Assembly: GCA_050011565.1 (NCBI GenBank)
Contig: JBEKIW010000002.1
Span: 160,001-224,000, forward strand
Direction of reading: 5' to 3'
Length of the DNA stretch: 64,000 nt
Source: Dehalococcoidia bacterium
GTDB taxonomy: Bacteria > Chloroflexota > Dehalococcoidia > GIF9 > UBA5629
The position numbers and the translations under genes are program-made. Numbering within the stretch: the first letter of the stretch is position 1; each line of letters starts with the position of its first letter. The notes below the pieces were generated by a model that was not told where the DNA came from, did no database searches, and was given only the letters and a program-made list of their open reading frames with translations. This document shows positions 9,532 through 18,540 of this stretch, piece by piece.

Positions 9532-10083
9532 CTAACTTTTCTTTCCATGCTTCTGCCCGTACTCATAGCCGGTCGTGAAAGCTTTGATGTTAAATTCTCC
9601 AGTACCTTCGGGGACAGTTGCCAGTATAGATTCCTTGAGCGCTTTAGCCGAAACCACATCGCTAACCGCCGCCACAAATCCGAGCATTATAATGTTGGCC
9701 ACCACCACCCGCCCCATATCACGGGCCAGGCTCGTAGCCGGTATAGATAGTATGTTCGCGTTATGAGACGCGTCGGGTTTGACCAGGTCGGGGTCTATAA
9801 TTATCAGGGATTCCGGACTTAGACCCGGCGCGTATTTGTTATATGCTTCTTGCGACATAATAACCAGCACCTCGGGACTTATCACATAGGGATAGCCTAC
9901 GGATTCATTCGAAATTACTACCTCAGCCGAGCAGGAGCCACCCCTTGCCTCCGGGCCATAGCTTTGAGTAAAGGTGGCCAATTTTCCCTTTTCATGCAGG
10001 GAGGCTGCCTGTCCCAGAATCTGACCGGCGAGCACAATCCCCTGTCCGCCGGCGCCGCTTAACCTTATCTCTGTTCGGCTCAA
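9532..10083 (-). CDS. korC: 2-oxoacid:ferredoxin oxidoreductase gamma subunit
   Basis: GAGGQG, SYGPEARGGSC, NIIMLG; substrate not determinable. Confidence 0.9.
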   Translation of the reverse strand: MSRTEIRLSGAGGQGIVLAGQILGQAASLHEKGKLATFTQSYGPEARGGSCSAEVVISNESVGYPYVISPEVLVIMSQEAYNKYAPGLSPESLIIIDPDLVKPDASHNANILSIPATSLARDMGRVVVANIIMLGFVAAVSDVVSAKALKESILATVPEGTGEFNIKAFTTGYEYGQKHGKKS

Positions 10084-10126
10084 GTTATCCTCTCCAATAG
10101 TCTTTTTGAATTAGCCGCCTGTCGCT

Positions 10127-10975
10127 CTATCGTTTCTTGTGCTTGCCGGCTCGGTCAAGTACCTGCCGGTAGCAATCCCACAGAGTGGGGCGCTCAATAT
10201 CGACAAATTTACCTACCACGATGGGGCCATTCATCGACAGCTCGACATCTCTGGGGTCAGCGCCATCACGGATAACGCTTCTCTCCTGATATCTGCGCAT
10301 CTCATCCAGGCCGCGCGGCTGTTTATTCAGGCGGCCATATACAGTGGGGCACGGGCTGAGCACCTCTATAAAACTGAACCCGGGCTTGGTCAAAGCTTCG
10401 GCGATTGACCTCTCCAGTTCCCGCAAATGCAGCACCGTCCACCGGGCAACGTATGTAGCACCGCTGGCAGCCACCAGGTAAGGCAAGTTAAAGGGATACT
10501 CGTAGTTGCCGTACGGAGAAGTAGTGCTGCGGGCATCGAGCGGTGTGGTCGGCCCCATTTGCCCGCCGGTCATGCCGTAGTTGAAGTTGTTTATACAGAT
10601 GACGGTCATATCGATGTTACGGCGGGCGGAATGGATAAGATGGTTGCCGCCTATAGCCGCAATATCCCCGTCACCGGAAAAGACCACCGCCGTCAATTCC
10701 GGATTGGCCATTTTCAGACCGGTAGCAAAGGGTAGAGCCCGGCCGTGTGTGGTATGGAAAGAATCCAGCTTTATATAACCGGCTACCCGCCCGGAACAAC
10801 CTATTCCCGAAACCACGGAAACCTTGTCAGGGTTCAGACCGGCACGGTCGATAGCTCTGACGAAACACCCGGTTGCCGGCCCAATGCCGCAGCCGGCGCA
10901 CCAGATATGCGGTATCCGGTCCACTCTAAGATAGCAGTCCAGAGGATTTGCTTCTACGGTCACCATTTTTGTCAT
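10127..10975 (-). CDS. korB: 2-oxoacid:ferredoxin oxidoreductase beta subunit
   Basis: WCAGCG, SGIGCS, HGR, GDGD TPP motif, YGMTGGQ, SPCP. Confidence 0.92.
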   Translation of the reverse strand: MTKMVTVEANPLDCYLRVDRIPHIWCAGCGIGPATGCFVRAIDRAGLNPDKVSVVSGIGCSGRVAGYIKLDSFHTTHGRALPFATGLKMANPELTAVVFSGDGDIAAIGGNHLIHSARRNIDMTVICINNFNYGMTGGQMGPTTPLDARSTTSPYGNYEYPFNLPYLVAASGATYVARWTVLHLRELERSIAEALTKPGFSFIEVLSPCPTVYGRLNKQPRGLDEMRRYQERSVIRDGADPRDVELSMNGPIVVGKFVDIERPTLWDCYRQVLDRAGKHKKR

Positions 10976-12123
10976 CGGGCTTCCTCGCGTATAGCCTCAA
11001 GAACTGTTTCGGGAAGATGCACGCCGCCACCCATATGAGGTACCAGCCTGACTTTGGCTTTGCCTGCCACGCAACGTTCTACTTCCCTGACTATCTGTCC
11101 GTAGTTTATCTCCGGGACTATAAAGGCTTTCACCGCCGTCGCCAGCTCTCTAATGCGGTCATCGGCAAAAGGCCATACCGTTATCAGCCGCAGCAGGCCC
11201 GCTTTTATCCCTTCTTCTCTTGCCTTTTGCACCGCATATCGGGCAATGCGGGCTGATATCCCGTAGCTAACTACAACGACCTCAGCATCATCGACTTTTA
11301 CCTCTTCGTACTTCGTGATATCTTTTATATTCAGTCGAATTTTATCCACCAGCCGTCTAACCAATTTGTCCTGAGCCTCTGCCGTCATTGTCGGATAGCC
11401 TCTGTCGTCATGCGTCAGCCCGGTAACATGGAAGCGATATCCCTCGCCGGCTACTGCCATCGGAGGCACCAATCCCTTCCTGGAATCATAGGGCAAATAC
11501 TTTTCCGGCGCGACTTTCGGGCGCGGTCGATTTACCAGTTCCTTTGAACTTATCTCAGGTATGACCACCTTCTCACTCATGTGGCCCACAGCCTCGTCGG
11601 CCATGAGCAGCACCGGCACCCGGTATTGCTCAGATAAATTGAAAGCCGAAACGGTGAGGTCAAACATCTCCTGCGGCGAATCGGGAACGAGGGCGATGAT
11701 TTCATAGTGCCCATGCGAGCCCCATCTGGCCTGCATCATATCTCCCTGAGCGACCAGTGTCGGCAATCCCGTTGACGGGCCTGCCCTCTGGACGTTGGCT
11801 ACCACGCAGGGTGTTTCCAGCATAACTCCCAGCCCTATATTTTCCATCATCAAACTGAACCCAGGGCCGGAGGTAGCCGTCATGGCTTTTACGCCTGCCC
11901 AGGAAGCTCCGAGCACGGCGTTCATGGAAGCTATCTCGTCCTCCATCTGGATAAAAACACCGCCTATTTGAGGCAGACGTTCGCTCATTCTCTCGGCAAC
12001 CTCAGTTGCCGGAGTAATCGGATAGCCGGCAAAGAAACGGCAGCCGGCGCTTATAGCTCCTTCGGCGCAAGCTGTGTCGCCGTTCATAAAAAATTCGCCG
12101 CAGAGCACATCATCTTTGGGCAT
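10972..12123 (-). CDS. korA: 2-oxoacid:ferredoxin oxidoreductase alpha subunit
   Basis: AGYPITP, QMEDEIA, TATSGPG, QRAGPSTGLPT. Confidence 0.92.
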   Translation of the reverse strand: MPKDDVLCGEFFMNGDTACAEGAISAGCRFFAGYPITPATEVAERMSERLPQIGGVFIQMEDEIASMNAVLGASWAGVKAMTATSGPGFSLMMENIGLGVMLETPCVVANVQRAGPSTGLPTLVAQGDMMQARWGSHGHYEIIALVPDSPQEMFDLTVSAFNLSEQYRVPVLLMADEAVGHMSEKVVIPEISSKELVNRPRPKVAPEKYLPYDSRKGLVPPMAVAGEGYRFHVTGLTHDDRGYPTMTAEAQDKLVRRLVDKIRLNIKDITKYEEVKVDDAEVVVVSYGISARIARYAVQKAREEGIKAGLLRLITVWPFADDRIRELATAVKAFIVPEINYGQIVREVERCVAGKAKVRLVPHMGGGVHLPETVLEAIREEAR

Positions 12124-12400
12124 GCGTCACCGGCTCTTCTTCTTTTTCTTCCGTGGTAACGTAGATTCCAAACTCAGGACACATCGCCTGGCAGAGGCCG
12201 CAGCCCAAGCATTTGATTTCGTCGACTACCTTGACTAAGTTATAGCCCTTAGGACTGAGCTCATCGGTCATTTTCAGTACGCCGCGGGGGCAAAATTCAG
12301 CACAATATCCGCAGCCCTTGCACCTGTCTACACTAATATGCACCCTGACGGGCCTGGGGGCCTTATCGGTCATATCAAAGGGCTTTCTCCACAACTTCAT
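12110..12400 (-). CDS. korD: 2-oxoacid:ferredoxin oxidoreductase delta (2x4Fe-4S) subunit
   Basis: CKGCGYCAEFCP and CLGCGLCQAMCP; first gene of operon. Confidence 0.88.
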   Translation of the reverse strand: MKLWRKPFDMTDKAPRPVRVHISVDRCKGCGYCAEFCPRGVLKMTDELSPKGYNLVKVVDEIKCLGCGLCQAMCPEFGIYVTTEEKEEEPVTHAQR

Positions 12401-12563
12401 ATCAGTACCGCTTTACCTTATTTGTATTAGTCTTTAACCCCGCTATAAAGAAATAACAGCCAGCAACGCTGGCTATAACTACATTTAAGAAAAAAGTATA
12501 GCAAATTCGTATCTACTTAACAAACTATTGAGGTTCAGTCCTATTAAGGCTAAAATACAGTCG

Positions 12564-13220
12564 ATGCACAAGTCCCTTTTGGCAGTTTTACTATTACTGT
12601 CGTTGGTGACAGGTTGCACACGACAGTTACAGCCTGCCGATGCCCAACCTCCGACAGCGGATTTTACCGCCAGTTCGGAACAGGGGTCAGCTCCCTTAAA
12701 GGTCACCTTCACTGATTCATCCACGGGTGATATTACTCACTGGCACTGGGACTTCGGCGATGGACAATTCAGCAGCGATTCGGAACCTAACCATAGTTAC
12801 ATCGCGGCCGGAGACTATGCGGTTTCGCTGGCCATAATGGGACCGGGAGGCAGTGACATCGAGACAAAAGCCGAATATATAAAAGTGGCTACCGGCGTTA
12901 TAAGCTGGGATGAGGCCAGCAGTTATATCGGGCAACATCAAGTAGTCGAGGGAATAGTTGTTGGCGCTTATTATGCGGCTGACACAAAAAGCCAGCTTAC
13001 ATTCCTGGATTTCCATAAGCCCTATGAAAACTATTTCAAGTGTATAATCTGGGGTCGCGACAGAGATAAGTTTGTAAAAGAGTTCCCTCCCAATCCCGAA
13101 ACTTACTTCCTGAACAAACATGTTCAGGTCACCGGCTTAATCGAGGAATACCCTAAAGGGTCAGGCGTCCCGGAAATGGTCCTCAAAGACCCGTCTCAAA
13201 TCAAGCTCGCCGCAGAATAG
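12564..13220 (+). CDS. Lipoprotein with PKD domain and OB-fold-like C-terminus
   Basis: Lipobox VTGC; PKD motif WDFGDG; start at 12564 inferred. Confidence 0.8.
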   Translation: MHKSLLAVLLLLSLVTGCTRQLQPADAQPPTADFTASSEQGSAPLKVTFTDSSTGDITHWHWDFGDGQFSSDSEPNHSYIAAGDYAVSLAIMGPGGSDIETKAEYIKVATGVISWDEASSYIGQHQVVEGIVVGAYYAADTKSQLTFLDFHKPYENYFKCIIWGRDRDKFVKEFPPNPETYFLNKHVQVTGLIEEYPKGSGVPEMVLKDPSQIKLAAE

Positions 13221-13254
13221 ACTGCAGTTTGCGCCGCATGCTTACAGCTAGCTG

Positions 13255-13268
13255 AGGACTAAAGTCCT
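13255..13268. promoter_or_regulatory. Palindromic operator candidate AGGACT-AA-AGTCCT
   Basis: Perfect 6-bp inverted repeat upstream of the lipoprotein operon; resembles NarL/LuxR-family (LiaR/VraR-type) boxes. Confidence 0.35.
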
Positions 13269-13378
13269 ATCTATTTCACAACCCGTTTATTGATGTTTTT
13301 CAGTTGTGTACCGTATACTATTCGTACCTGAATCGCAGGAAATGAATACGGTTATAGCGATATAGATAGTAAATTTAG

Positions 13379-14305
13379 ATGAAAAACGAAGCTGTTAGAT
13401 ACTTAGTCTCACTCGTGGTATTGCTATTACTAACACTTAGTCTGGTCGCGGCTTGCGCTCAACCGCTGCCAAACCTGGCACCGGTGCCCCCTAAGTCTCA
13501 GGTGACAGCGCCGCCAGCTACCAGCGAAAACCAGTCAACAAAAGAGGCGGAAACACCCCCGGCTAATCAGGCCGTAGATGAGGAGAAATGGTACCCGGTT
13601 GAAACCTTTAGCGGTGAAGCGAACGAAACAACTCCAATATTTCATATATATGGCACAGAATGGCACCTCACCTGGACCATAGACACCGACCATCCCGAAA
13701 CAGCCGTATTTAAGCTGGCTATTTACCCCAAGCAGGAACCTTATTTCCTTTGGCAGACCGTTTCTAACACAGGCGGCAGTACCGGCACCATTAATTACCT
13801 CGTATCCTCGGTAGATAAACGGGATTACCTTATCAAGGTCACGGCTCAAAACCTACGGCACTGGACTATTGCCATAGAAGACAATGCCACCGCGGCAACC
13901 TCTTACCCGGTCCAGATAAGTTCGATTCACTACAAAGGAACTGTATATTTACCGGACCCTTCAGCAGAGTGCTGTACCTACGAAAGGGTCGAGCCTGATG
14001 AATACGTGGTCATAAAAAACCTCAGCACTCGCTCTCAAGATATAACTGGCTGGGTGCTAAAAAATATAAGCCAGCCCAGTCCCCCGTTTAAATTCCCCAC
14101 CTACACAATTTCGCCAGGTGAAATCATACGCGTTTATACCGACGAATACCATTCTGAAACCGGAGGCTTCACTTTCTACTATGGTTACGGCGACATATGG
14201 AATAACGACAACTCCAATACAGCTGTGTTATACGATGCACACGGCAATGAGGTCTCCAGAAAAAGCTACGCAGTTCCAACGGAACTAAATGGGACGATAA
14301 AGTAA
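13379..14305 (+). CDS. Lipoprotein with C-terminal lamin-tail domain (LTD)
   Basis: Lipobox VAAC; DEYVVIKN...DITGWVL...IWNND...AVLYDAHG. Confidence 0.8.
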   Translation: MKNEAVRYLVSLVVLLLLTLSLVAACAQPLPNLAPVPPKSQVTAPPATSENQSTKEAETPPANQAVDEEKWYPVETFSGEANETTPIFHIYGTEWHLTWTIDTDHPETAVFKLAIYPKQEPYFLWQTVSNTGGSTGTINYLVSSVDKRDYLIKVTAQNLRHWTIAIEDNATAATSYPVQISSIHYKGTVYLPDPSAECCTYERVEPDEYVVIKNLSTRSQDITGWVLKNISQPSPPFKFPTYTISPGEIIRVYTDEYHSETGGFTFYYGYGDIWNNDNSNTAVLYDAHGNEVSRKSYAVPTELNGTIK

Positions 14306-14494
14306 ATGGCAGAGTACCTGAATACTGGAATGCTCAAGAAGACTTTTTCCGTTTTGTTAGTTAGCGCAATCCTGGCAGTGCTGCTGATGCCCATTCAGGC
14401 CCTTGACAAGCCAGCACTTGCAGAATTGTCGCTTATCATAGTTGTGGCCGGAACGACGGCATGGTTTATGATGCGTAAGAAAAAAACATTATAG
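14306..14494 (+). CDS. Small two-helix membrane protein
   Basis: Abuts the upstream stop; two hydrophobic segments and a basic tail. Confidence 0.6.
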   Translation: MAEYLNTGMLKKTFSVLLVSAILAVLLMPIQALDKPALAELSLIIVVAGTTAWFMMRKKKTL

Positions 14495-14503
14495 GAGTCT
14501 ATT

Positions 14504-15475
14504 ATTAATTCAGCATTTTCAGCCCGCCTGCTTATTTACATCGGACTGGTACTCCTGTCAGCCAGTTCTATTGTAGCCTGCGGCTTAACGACACCGACTG
14601 CACCGGTTGCTGAACCCAAAACACGGCCGCCGGCTGCCGTGGAAAATCAACAACCGGCTGAGGCATCGCCCTCTGAGGCATCTACTGAAAATGAAGCCGG
14701 ATGGACTCACGTTAAAAGCTTCAACGGTAAAGACAGTCAGACTACGGCTGCGTTTCCTATTTCGGGCACCAAATGGCGCATTATCTGGACGGTAGACGCT
14801 CAAAACCCTCAATATGCCGTTTTTGACATCCTAGTATATCCTAAGGACAATCCAGGCGTGCTTATCGAAAGGATTTCCTATTCAAAAGGCATGTCCGGCG
14901 ACACGGCCTACATTATTGATGAAGGCGGCCGCGATTACTATCTGAAAATTATAGTTGCCAATTTAGCCAACTGGGCTGTAACGGTCGAAGACTATGCAGG
15001 CGAAAGTGCCGCTGAACCCGTTCAAATAACCAGTATCCACTATAAAGGCATGGACTACCTTAGTACTATTGCGAGTAACCGTCTGATAGTTGAATGGGAT
15101 GAATATATAGAAATAAAAAACACGAGCTATTCGCCGCAGAACATAGCCGGTTGGACGCTGAAAAACATAACGAAGGGACAACCCACATTTATTTTCCCAA
15201 TCTTTACACCGTGTTCCTGCAATTATTTGGGAAGCTTGCAAAAATGTGTTGAGGAATGCTATCCGCCGCGCCCGGACACTATAGAGCCGCGTGAGAGCAT
15301 CAGAGTCTACACTGGCGAACCTCAGTGGGAATCCGGGGGCTACTGCTTTTACTACGGGCCAGGTGACATCTGGAATAACGAGACACCTGATACGGCCGTT
15401 TTATATAATGCCGAAGGACAGGAAGTATCTAGAAAAAGCTATGTAATACCTTCTAAAAACAACGCTATTAAATAA
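14504..15475 (+). CDS. LTD lipoprotein, paralog of 13379-14305, probable ATT start
   Basis: Frame is open upstream of 14639 and encodes signal peptide ...LLIYIGLVLLSASSIVAC; AGGAG at 14493-14497; LTD motifs with a CSC...C...C insert. Confidence 0.78.
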   Translation: MNSAFSARLLIYIGLVLLSASSIVACGLTTPTAPVAEPKTRPPAAVENQQPAEASPSEASTENEAGWTHVKSFNGKDSQTTAAFPISGTKWRIIWTVDAQNPQYAVFDILVYPKDNPGVLIERISYSKGMSGDTAYIIDEGGRDYYLKIIVANLANWAVTVEDYAGESAAEPVQITSIHYKGMDYLSTIASNRLIVEWDEYIEIKNTSYSPQNIAGWTLKNITKGQPTFIFPIFTPCSCNYLGSLQKCVEECYPPRPDTIEPRESIRVYTGEPQWESGGYCFYYGPGDIWNNETPDTAVLYNAEGQEVSRKSYVIPSKNNAIK

Positions 15476-15663
15476 GTAACCCGGCCAAAACTTATAAGAC
15501 GACGGATAGCCTGAAATACCGCTACAATACAATCTTTAAATTGGCGACTCGACTATTGCTTTCTTTTTAGCATCAGATGTATAATCATAATAATAAAATG
15601 CTGCTACGAACAGCAGGAGTCTCCGGTTTGGAGCAAAAAAGGATAGCAATAGAGAACTGAAAT

Positions 15664-16455
15664 ATGCAACAGAGATGTCCTAATTGCGGTTCACCCGTTA
15701 TACCCGGTCAGCGTTTTTGTGGCGGTTGTGGAGCTCAGTTAAGTCTGTCCTGTCCTCAGTGCCGGATTACGGTCAGCCCCGGTACCAGATTTTGTCCTAA
15801 TTGCGGCACTACGCTGGGCGGTGGACCGACACAGCAGCCGGGATGGGGACAGCCCGGTGGACCGCCTCCACATCAGCCGGGAATGCCACCGCAACAGCCG
15901 GGTATGCCGCCACAGCAGCCGGGAATGCCGCCGCAGCAACCGGGTTGGGGACAGCAGCAAGCCTGGGCTCCGCCGGCACCGAAGAGCCAATCGTCATCAT
16001 CGAGACCATTTCTGGTAATACTGCTAATAGTTCTCGTGATTGGACTTGGCGGGCTTGTCTACTGGCAATTTGGCGATCAGCTCCTAGGGTTTTTTAACTC
16101 TTCCATCGGTGGTGGCAGTTCTACTATTGTCGATACCACAAAACCGGTGATCACGTTTTCTGAGGACCCAACTGTGTCAGTAAAAAGCGCCAGCATCTTC
16201 TGGCATACTGATGAGTTTGCTAGCACGCAGGTTGAATATGGCACTAGTAACACTTACGGCACACTCGAACCTGCCCAGCCAGCAGACGACCCAACTGGCG
16301 GCCAGTCGCTTGGAGTTATTGACCACTCTGTACTTTTAAGTGACCTTCAGCCGACTACTACCTATCATTACAGGGTCAAGTCGAAAGACAAAGCTGGTAA
16401 CGAGGCAATATCCTCCGACGATAGGACTTTTACGACCATTGCAGCTACAGAGTAA
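15664..16455 (+). CDS. Double zinc-ribbon, Pro/Gln-rich linker, TM helix, FN3-like domain protein
   Basis: Four CxxC pairs; QQPGMPP repeats; hydrophobic helix; WHTDE...STQVEYG...YHYRVKSKD. Confidence 0.85.
   Translation: MQQRCPNCGSPVIPGQRFCGGCGAQLSLSCPQCRITVSPGTRFCPNCGTTLGGGPTQQPGWGQPGGPPPHQPGMPPQQPGMPPQQPGMPPQQPGWGQQQAWAPPAPKSQSSSSRPFLVILLIVLVIGLGGLVYWQFGDQLLGFFNSSIGGGSSTIVDTTKPVITFSEDPTVSVKSASIFWHTDEFASTQVEYGTSNTYGTLEPAQPADDPTGGQSLGVIDHSVLLSDLQPTTTYHYRVKSKDKAGNEAISSDDRTFTTIAATE
15832..15960 (+). repeat. Coding tandem repeat, about 21-nt unit (QQPGMPP/QQPGWG)
   Basis: Repeated cagcagccggg(a/t)atgccgcc units within the CDS. Confidence 0.8.
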
Positions 16456-16648
16456 TAGCTAAATTTCGGCCTACTAAGACCAAGCATAATCCTCGTATGA
16501 ATGAGCCTATACCCGGGTTTGAATTCGAGCTTATCTTTCCCGTCAGCATCTTTTTGATGTTATTCCCGGTCGTTGTTTTATTTTCGTGGCACAAGTTGTA
16601 TAATCGGTAGGTGACCCTGAGGGTCTTAAACTAATGCGGGAGGTTATT

Positions 16649-16981
16649 ATGAAATACATTAGCTTGCTAGCTGCTATTTTTCTTCTAGTCTCGTTTGGAG
16701 GCTGCACGCTGATAAACAGCGCACCACGTCATTCGGCCGACGAGGTAGCCGCTATAGCTAAAAGCTTCAGTCCTACGTGCCAGAAGCTGATACCGCCAGC
16801 TCCCGGAGCACCACACACCTGAGGTTGCGCCGCTCCTCAGTATGAGGAGGTCGCCTCGACTTATACGGCGCAATATCAGGATAATGGAATGTGGACTATA
16901 ACGAAGGCCTGCCCCGTAGACTCCACATATGACCGCAGCTGGTCCTTCAATGATAATACAAATGAATTGATATGGAAATAA
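16649..16981 (+). CDS. Putative selenocysteine-containing lipoprotein (110 aa, U58, motif T-U-G-C)
   Basis: GGAGG RBS; lipobox FGGC; in-frame TGA 16820-16822; frame continues 52 codons to TAA; hairpin CTCCTCA-GTA-TGAGGAG starts 10 nt after TGA. Confidence 0.7.
16833..16849 (+). promoter_or_regulatory. Candidate bacterial SECIS hairpin
   Basis: Perfect 7-bp stem; G is the first loop base, 18 nt after UGA. Confidence 0.6.
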
Positions 16982-17020
16982 AGCTTATAGCGAACGATTT
17001 AGAAAGAACTGAGTCTTAAA

Positions 17021-17341
17021 GTGACTGACATTCTGGATGAAGCCCAGGCGTTAGTTCAATGCAAGGCCTGCCCCTGGTATAAGAGCTGCGCCTTACCGGT
17101 GAAGCTAACAGAGGATGACTTAAGAAAACAGCTCGAGTCTTCAATGCCGGGAGCCGCCAACCCGGGTACCTCCCCATACGGCATGCAGCAGTTGTTATCC
17201 GGCCTGGCAGCCGCTGCTGAAAACTCCATTCTGGAAGGCTGTCCGGTATTTATCAGCAGGCTTCGCTCCAGCCCCAAGCTCGCCGAGCAGATAAAAAAGC
17301 TAATGCAAGACTGGTCAAAAGAGACCCAGAGCCAGCCTTAA
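17021..17341 (+). CDS. Hypothetical protein with Cys motif
   Basis: CKACPWYKSC...EGCP; possible metal site. Confidence 0.7.
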   Translation: MTDILDEAQALVQCKACPWYKSCALPVKLTEDDLRKQLESSMPGAANPGTSPYGMQQLLSGLAAAAENSILEGCPVFISRLRSSPKLAEQIKKLMQDWSKETQSQP

Positions 17342-17421
17342 TTATCCGACCGCATTTTTACCTTCACCTGCTGCCTCACTGAATACTATCCTTGCGGAAT
17401 AAACATAGAAGGATAACCTGC

Positions 17422-17997
17422 ATGAAGAGATTGTCCAAATGGTTTTATCTCGGCTCGATGGTCGGCGGTCAAGTCGGCGGCATCATTCTGCTAACAGCCG
17501 GTGTAGTTCTCTTAGTCGTTTCTGGAATATTAACCAATTATGTTCTCGACCTCAGCCACGCCGATATATGGACACTGGCGAACTCTCTTCTGCTCATCTT
17601 ATTGGGCTGTGCCGCCATACTGTTCGGGGCAACGATATGGTACCTGTTGCTTTATAGGGCATGGTCGGTAATACAAGACGGCAACGCCAGTACTACGCCG
17701 GAAAAAGCGGTAGGCTTCATTTTCATACCATTTTTTAATTTCTACTGGATTTTCAAGGTCTGGTACGGATTCGCCCTGGATTATAACCGTTACATTGAAC
17801 GCTATGCACTAAATGCACCGAAGCTGGGGAAAAGCCTTTTCCTGGCTTTTTGCATTTTGTTTATCTGCAGTATGGTGCCCTTCTTGAACTACCTGGCCGG
17901 ACTGCCATTCCTGGTGATATTAGGTATTACATCTAACAAAACTATTGATGCAGTAAACGGCTTACTGGCGTTACAGGCGGCCGCTACAAATCAATAG
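17422..17997 (+). CDS. Membrane protein (DUF4328-like)
   Basis: AVGFIFIPFFNFYWIF motif; several TM helices. Confidence 0.7.
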   Translation: MKRLSKWFYLGSMVGGQVGGIILLTAGVVLLVVSGILTNYVLDLSHADIWTLANSLLLILLGCAAILFGATIWYLLLYRAWSVIQDGNASTTPEKAVGFIFIPFFNFYWIFKVWYGFALDYNRYIERYALNAPKLGKSLFLAFCILFICSMVPFLNYLAGLPFLVILGITSNKTIDAVNGLLALQAAATNQ

Positions 17998-18024
17998 CAT
18001 GAAGAAGATTGTTCGCTATTGTGG

Positions 18025-18324
18025 CTAAAAGATGTAGCCGTGCTCAGCATCTCCCGAAGGCGGAACCGGCAACTGAAGTGATTTATTAACGGAATGATTA
18101 CCGATTGCGATTTGAAATGCAGCCAACTCACCCAATCGTTTGGCTACTACAGGAGGTATCCAATTGGAAGGCTTCCAGGAACCGGTGTAACTTGGCGATA
18201 ATACCAGATAATAACCATCGTCACTTGTTATCCCCATCCTACAGCCATTGCCTAAATCAACTACTTCCTTTGGTTGCCAAACCACCGGTCTTTCACATAC
18301 AATGCTACCCATATTTACCCCCAT
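18025..18324 (-). CDS. Small hypothetical protein, paralog of 34945-35172
   Basis: Shares WQPKE.VDLGNG.RMGITSDDGYY...WKPSNWIPP.VAKRLGELA.FQIA. Confidence 0.7.
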   Translation of the reverse strand: MGVNMGSIVCERPVVWQPKEVVDLGNGCRMGITSDDGYYLVLSPSYTGSWKPSNWIPPVVAKRLGELAAFQIAIGNHSVNKSLQLPVPPSGDAEHGYIF

Positions 18325-18364
18325 AAAAGAAATAGTTTTACTTGAAGTGAAGAGATGCTTTCAT

Positions 18365-18448
18365 CTAGAACAAATACCAGGCAAAGAAAAAGAAGACCAG
18401 ACACACAAACAGAAAACTTCCGAGTATGGCGATAAGCTCTTTGTTCAT
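18365..18448 (-). CDS. Possible 27-aa single-helix membrane peptide
   Basis: MNKELIAILGSFLFVCLVFFFFAWYLF*; AAGGAGG upstream but with long spacing. Confidence 0.35.
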   Translation of the reverse strand: MNKELIAILGSFLFVCLVFFFFAWYLF

Positions 18449-18540
18449 GGCCTTTTACACACCCCTCCTTGGTTCTAAAATATATAACGAATCAGCACCG
18501 AAAATGGTTTAGGCCTCAGCCATAGAATGGGATTATAAAG

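Noticed and set aside
14492-14494. Amber readthrough fusing 14306-14494 to the LTD lipoprotein
   Set aside because: The downstream part has its own RBS and signal peptide with lipobox, so separate initiation is simpler
15832-15960. CRISPR-like periodicity
   Set aside because: Contiguous coding repeats without spacers; no cas genes and no CRISPR array seen in the window
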